Assembly (NCBI RefSeq): GCF_001194135.2
Contig: NC_068982.1
Coordinates: 168,208,220-168,269,925, forward strand
DNA length: 61,706 nt
From: Octopus bimaculoides
Taxonomy: Eukaryota
Direction of reading: 5' to 3'
Shown here: piece by piece, positions 55,292-61,706 of the stretch
Numbering within the stretch: the stretch's first letter is position 1
Layout: the number at the start of each line of letters is the position of its first letter
The notes under the pieces: generated by a model
The model's database searches: none
The model's input: the letters and a program-made list of their open reading frames with translations, nothing else
Told to the model about the DNA's origin: nothing
Translations under genes and position numbers: made by a program

Positions 55292-55446
55292 ATTAGTTGG
55301 GCTATGACTCTCTCTGTGACCTTCCTCACCTGATCCAACAATTTGATACCTCTGTAATCATTTCTATTTAAAGAGCCACATTTACCTTTGTAGCAGTTGA
55401 TTATGGTGCTGTTACACCAGTCACAGAGTATGACTCCTTCGTGTAT
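53035..55446 (-). mobile_element. Decayed RTE-clade LINE (RT through 3' UTR), interrupted by a CR1 insert and (GA)n
   Basis: NDYRGIKLLDQVRKVTERV, QFGFVP.RST.DAIFLVRRLQ.K, LVFVDMEKTFD, HQGSVLSP, YADD (54836-54847), FRYLGD and RGIRCGVQERRLRWYGH. (GAT)n tail near 53035; upstream part lost in the gap. Confidence 0.9.
53740..54264 (-). mobile_element. 5'-truncated CR1-type LINE 3' end nested in the RTE
   Basis: GMSGLNYWDR...SLQRRQER...MWK...FNIIPKHIK..FKKFLDEYLQQIPDKP.TPGY. Flanked by TTAT at 53736-53739 and 54265-54268. Confidence 0.85.
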
Positions 55447-55728
55447 NNNNNNNNNNNNNNNNNNNNNNNNNNNNNNNNNNNNNNNNNNNNNNNNNNNNNN
55501 NNNNNNNNNNNNNNNNNNNNNNNNNNNNNNNNNNNNNNNNNNNNNNNNNNNNNNNNNNNNNNNNNNNNNNNNNNNNNNNNNNNNNNNNNNNNNNNNNNNN
55601 NNNNNNNNNNNNNNNNNNNNNNNNNNNNNNNNNNNNNNNNNNNNNNNNNNNNNNNNNNNNNNNNNNNNNNNNNNNNNNNNNNNNNNNNNNNNNNNNNNNN
55701 NNNNNNNNNNNNNNNNNNNNNNNNNNNN

Positions 55729-55809
<81 letters not shown>

Positions 55810-55904
55810 GCACAGACGCACGCGCACACACACACATACACACACGCATACATACACACACACACACACACCTACACACACACACATACACACACACACA
55901 TACA

Positions 55905-56045
55905 CGTAGAGTCACAGGGCGGGCTCCTTCATTTTCTGCCTACTAAATCCAGGCAGAATGTTCTGGTCGGTCTGAGGCTAATGTAGATGATAATTGCCCA
56001 AGCTGCTACAGAGTGAAACTGAACTCGGAACCATGTGGTTGGGGC
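55905..56045 (-). mobile_element. SINE family A head fragment
   Basis: ACTGAACTCGGAACCATGTGGTTGG and GGTCGGTCTGAGGCTA, reverse complements of family A segments. Confidence 0.7.
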
Positions 56046-57755
56046 CCATAGTATAAATTGCAAGCGTGCGCATGTATTCATCTAAAGAATCTGAGTTGGA
56101 GAAGCTTTGGTATGTCTTATAAATCTCCCCTGTGCTACTATCTTTTAGTCTTCGAAAGACCTATTATTTGTAGGTTTTTGTGTACATTAGTAGATGTATA
56201 GACTAATATACTAATGATCATAGTTACAAATGCGAATTCATACATTTGTATATACGAATATATGTACGTGTGCATGCATGCATGTATGTATGTATGTATT
56301 TGTAGACAGAAGCAAAAAAAGACACCTGTCGGCAGATACATGCGCTGACAGGTGTGTGTTTTGATTTGTTGATCAATGGTGCTAATAGCTTGATTTAAAA
56401 TGTTTTACTGTGTAATGTCACTAATTCACACACGAACACAGATTTAAATGCCTATATGTCTAACAGACGCAAACTCACACATATTTTCTTATACATTAAG
56501 ATAAATTAATCTCGTACTCGCCAGTTCATGTTACGGAACAGTATCGTGTTAAAGAACGCTCCAAGTACTGAAGTGCAATATAACAGTCGTTGGACATGAC
56601 TGAATGGAAAGGTATTGCGACTGATATATTGTAATGCATGTCTGAAAACACAGTTCTGCAGATATTTTGCAGAATATTAAACCGAAACCTCCTTCAAAAT
56701 CAGATTCATAATCCACTAGTCCTTGAATCCACTTTCAAAAATTCAGCAGAGACATATCGTCACAAAATTGTGACACAAACGGTTAGTGAAAAAATGCTGC
56801 ACAAAATATTATTAGGTGGAGATTACTGGAAAAGTATTGACTGTATTTCAACAATAGAAGGAGATGCAAACAATGCTGAATGGTGAAAACTATTATTCTG
56901 CAGAATGTGATCCATCCAGGGGCGTTACACGCTAAATGCATGAAAAGTTGGGATGTACAGTTGCCACCCGAATTCTGATATACATGACAATGATAAAAGG
57001 ATCAATCTAGGTGATGTAACTTTGACAAAGGCTAGTTAGGTTATTTTAATGAAGGTTTTACATAAGTGTTTACATGTGTTTACATAAGTGTTTACATATA
57101 TATATATATTAACAATACGGACTTGCACTAGTTCACCAACATACACAAAATGCTGTGCCCACTACTATAGTTAACGAAAGCACTAAAATATCCTGAATAG
57201 TTTCCTTCCGGTTATTTCATGTTTCACACAATTTCTGACACTTGTAAACGAGATGTTGCGTTTTCAGACCTCATAATTCAAAATAGCCAAAACTACAACT
57301 TATTATGAGACAAAATTCGTCACAGTTTATTAATAATATACCCGCTGTATTACCTAATATACAAGTGATTGCTTTTCCCTGACTTATAGAAACTTATTAA
57401 ATTATTAAACAGCTATATATATATGTCCTCAACTTTATTCGATTGTCAAAGAATATGTATAAGAATATGTATATGTATTTTTCCATATGTGTATTTTCAT
57501 ACACTGTTTTTAACATTTTCATTTTAATATCAGAGAATGTGTGATAATCAGTATGTAACAATACAAAGTTCATACAAAGCTTTATACTTTATATATATTT
57601 TATCATCAAAGAATGTATATATGCATTTTAATACTCGAACTGTTTTTTAACATTTTTTATTATTCTCAAAGACTTTTGATAATCTTTTTCTAAAAAAAGT
57701 GAAACCGGTTAAGTAAATAAATATTTTTAAAAAATAAGTGCATTTTCAAACCTTC

Positions 57756-57789
<34 letters not shown>

Positions 57790-58035
57790 CCTTTTCACTC
57801 TATGTTTCTCTCAATACACACGTACACACACACACACACGCACACACACACACACACACTTAGTGTCAATCCCGTAACTAATACTAATAACTAGTGTGTT
57901 TGCTCTAATTTGCATAACACTAAGTATGTATGTATGTATGTATGTATGTATGTATGTACATATGCACTCAATGGCTTGCACCACACTATCTGTCAGCGAT
58001 TGTTATACTCATCTAACGAATAGACAACCATCATG

Positions 58036-59182
58036 TACGATGGGGTACCCAAAATAAACCGAAAAATTTGCAATATCATTTTATTCACTTAGTTATACAT
58101 GTTTACACGTCTATCGCCTTCAAAGCATTCTACATTTGAAGCATTGCATCGGTCCAGACGCGTTTTCTTCTGTTCGAAGCAGTCCTGGAACTCTTGCGAA
58201 GTGATGCTTTTAACACTTTCATTGTTTTTCTCTTTACCTCTTACACATCTGCAAAACCCTTTCCTTTAAGGACTTTTTCATTTGGGGGAACAAGAAAAAA
58301 AAACCGCAGGAAGCAAGATCGGGCGAATAGGGAAGGTGGATAGGCAGTGTTATGCTATTTTTAGTCAAAAACTGTCTCACACCATGGTGGTGAGCACAGG
58401 CGCATTGTCGTAATGAAACTATCAATTTGTCACTTGGTCGAGGCGTTTTCCTCTCACCGCGTCGCGCAAACGCTTCAGAGCTGCCAAGTAAAATGTCTGG
58501 TTAATAATTTGACCAGGGGGAAAACATTCTGTGTGGACAATTCTTTTCGCATCGAAGAAAAAAATCAACATCGTCTTCACGTTGGACCCTAATTTGACGC
58601 ACGTTTGGGAGGCGTGGTGACATTGAATGCTACCATTCGCTAGATTGCTGATTCGTTCCGGGTTGTAGTCGTAGCACCAGCTTTCGACGAGGCACAAATT
58701 TTGCTGCAACTCTTTTCATTCGCAGTTGTTCGCTCAAAATTCGTTGGCAGGAACTCCAATCATACAAATGGTTTGTTAATTATTCAACGACAGTACTCCA
58801 AGATTAGTTCAGGAATTTTCGTGATGTTTTCATTCGTTCAGGAGGTCGACAGAGGCTTTGAACTAGATTAGTATTCAAGCGGCAGGTGACCAATCTTAAA
58901 GCGTGGAAACCACTCGTAAACTTGTGTTTTGTTCATGGGAGCGTCCTTGGAATCTGTTTCAAGCATGACAGCTGCTGAAGCAGCCATTTTCCCTCATAGA
59001 AAACAGAATTTCACGGAAGTACGCTGTTACTTCGTTTCAGCTGTCGCAATATTCGACGAATAGGGGAGAAGCACTGCAAAATAAAGACACACCACGTGGC
59101 AGTGCGACTTCATTTGATGACGCCGGTCGGCAACTTGATGCTTCAGGGTGGCATCAAGGGGCTTCTAGCGGGTACTCTTCGT
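58036..59182 (-). mobile_element. Decayed mariner (DD34D-type) transposon
   Basis: SNVKTMLIFFFD..GQ.IN..FYL..LKRLRDAVR.KR, a DNA-like catalytic motif and HLPYSPDLA. TIR-like TACGATGGGGTACCC at 58036 and GGGTACTCTTCGT at 59170-59182. Confidence 0.85.
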
Positions 59183-59275
59183 CTGTATGCGTTTGTGTAT
59201 ATGAACATATATGTAAGCATATATGTATATGTACGCTGTATGTACACATTCACACAACGCTTGCAATACATACAT

Positions 59276-59324
<49 letters not shown>

Positions 59325-59858
59325 TAGATAGATAGATAGATACATACATACATACATAGATACATACATACATACATACATACATACATACATACATCCT
59401 AGACTAACTTCGATTTAATGGACATTTACATGGAAAAACTTTCAAGAAAATATCAATAATAGTGCGTATTTCAGACGATCGAGGTAAGTAAGAAAATGTG
59501 TCACGAAAGCTAGTATTTGTAAACAGAATATAAAACATGAAAAACTATATTTATCTAAGGAAGTTTGATGATACATCTGCTTTGTCAGAAAAACAAATAT
59601 TTAATCAGTTCAATATGTGTTTGTGTGCCTATATGCGTGTTTGTGTGCTAGAGCATGTGTACAACGGTGCGTGTTTGCATATATATGTATATATATATAT
59701 ATTTATATATGTATATATGAATGAGTGTATGAATATGTGTATAAAATATACAGTTACATATACCGACCGATATACACGTTTTATATGTACATACTTATTA
59801 ACAAAAATACTCATAAATTCGTGCATGCATTTATATGCGTATGTATTCCTGTGCCCGT

Positions 59859-59926
<68 letters not shown>

Positions 59927-60860
59927 NNNNNNNNNNNNNNNNNNNNNNNNNNNNNNNNNNNNNNNNNNNNNNNNNNNNNNNNNNNNNNNNNNNNNNNNNN
60001 GTGTGTAAAGAGTGAGAGAGCGATTGAATGACTGATTCACAGATTTGTGGAAATATTCACAGATTTGTGGAAATAATATGTCGCATATTTAATTACTTGT
60101 TATTTCAGTCATTTAAAAACTTAATTACGTATACCTTGCATTTAATCTTGACTCTTTTCCTTTCCCAACAATATTGGTATAGAAAATTCGTACCCACAGA
60201 CCTTATGAAAATGATTACAACGAAACTATGTTGAGTGATTTTCTCGTATCAACTGGATCAGTCTGCAGCAGAACGGACTTTGGTAATGGTTTTGTTGACA
60301 TCATAACTACATGTTTTCTTGACATTAGAGATGGTGCCAAAGCTCTCGTTCAAGCGATGATAGCCTTAAAATTAAACCAAGAGATAGGCCAGAATCAGTT
60401 ATTCGGTATGATGGATTAAATGCTTTGGTTGAACAAAATTCGAGAACAAAGGTTCGATAATTTTCATCAGAATTCCAAACATCTCGCACAACTGTTTTTA
60501 GATATCTGTGCCTTATTTAAATGGAAACAGGGAGATGAAATGCTTCAATATTAATAAAGCATGTGTATATAATAGAAAAACAGGAACTGAGATCAAATAC
60601 TAATTCCTCAGTGAGTAGTGTCATCAAATAGTTACTGCATGGTTGGAGAAGTTATAGCTGCACTCAGTTTGCTTTGATGACTGTATGGATGACGAGAGAG
60701 AAAGTTAGCAACTGTCTTTGTAAAAGTAACTGAACACTCCCATTAATGATCCTTTGTTCCGCCAGAACCAACTACCCAATCGGAAGGTGCTGTAATCTTT
60801 AGGAGACAGGTGAACAAGGAAGTAAACTACGAGATGAGATGAACATAATGTGTGTGTTAA

Positions 60861-60894
<34 letters not shown>

Positions 60895-61214
60895 TGTGTG
60901 TGTGTATTTGAACTTGTCATATAAAAACTGTGTTCCTGGTGAATTCCTGAAATATTTCTGTTGATCAAGTTATATTTATGCCACTACTATTTTAATCTTT
61001 TGTATAAATAGTCATAGAAAATGAAATCCTACATTTTATTAAATTGGAATCAAATACATCTCAGATATAGTCTAATGCTACAAACGTACATGCATACCCA
61101 CATATAAACGTGCACACATATGTATATACATCTACAGATATGAATGTATGTATGATTATACATACACACTCACACACACAAACACACACACACATACACA
61201 CATACACACACATA

Positions 61215-61590
61215 GGCGCGGACGTGGCTGAGTGGTAAGAAAAACTACTTACTGCTTAACCACGTGGTTCCAGGCTCAGTCCCATTGCATTCTACCTTGG
61301 ACAAAAATCTTATAATATAGTCTCGAGCTGACCAAAGCCTTCTGAGTGGATTTGATAAACATAAACTAAAAGAAGAAATATTTATATATGTAAGTGCGCT
61401 GGTCTGCTTGCGTGCGTGTGTATGTATGTGTGTATGTGTGTTCGTATGTGTGCGTGTGTTTGCCTGACACACCACCCTTTGGCAAACGGTGTTAGTGTGA
61501 TTATATCCTTGTAAATTAGTTGTTCTGCAAAGTTACAGATAGACGAAGTACCAGGCTTAGAAAATAAAGTTATGGGGTTGATATAGATAT
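61215..61590 (+). mobile_element. SINE family A, near full length with internal (TG/TA)n
   Basis: GGCGCGGACGTGGCTGAGTGGTAAG head, CTGACCAAAGCCTTCTGAGTGGATTTG body, internal microsatellite and 3' AAGTACCAGGCTTAG segment. Confidence 0.8.
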
Positions 61591-61630
61591 ATGTGTGTGG
61601 TTGAAATACATACCCATACATGCACACACA

Positions 61631-61706
<76 letters not shown>

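Noticed and set aside
56321-56362. Short GC-rich hairpin ACACCTGTC/GACAGGTGT
   Set aside because: No nearby CTRR Helitron end; bacterial terminator logic does not apply to this eukaryotic DNA.

Overview
AT-rich eukaryotic non-coding DNA from a draft assembly: about 15 N-gaps, almost all flanked by (TA)n, (CT)n or (GT)n. It is dense in di-, tri- and tetranucleotide microsatellites and decayed transposons. The repeat families and microsatellite load fit an octopus (coleoid cephalopod) genome; this is an inference. No host gene with a recognisable domain was found. Supported content: about 20 copies of two tRNA-derived SINE families, one tied to (ATT)n arrays; a decayed CR1-type LINE (10.6-12.5 kb); and an RTE LINE (53.0-55.4 kb) with a PHD-like Cys/His insert inside its RT region, a nested CR1 3' fragment and an intragenic (GA)n expansion. 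There is also a mariner remnant, four inverted-repeat DNA elements (one carrying inverted telomeric repeats) and several Penelope-like remnants. The best second-look signals are five hammerhead-ribozyme-like motifs in three Penelope-type terminal-repeat families, and a CpG- and trinucleotide-rich 4.5 kb block (19.4-23.9 kb) ending in a 486-codon Asn/His-rich ORF followed by a consensus splice donor. Motifs, folds and family assignments were read by eye, and most repeat boundaries are approximate.
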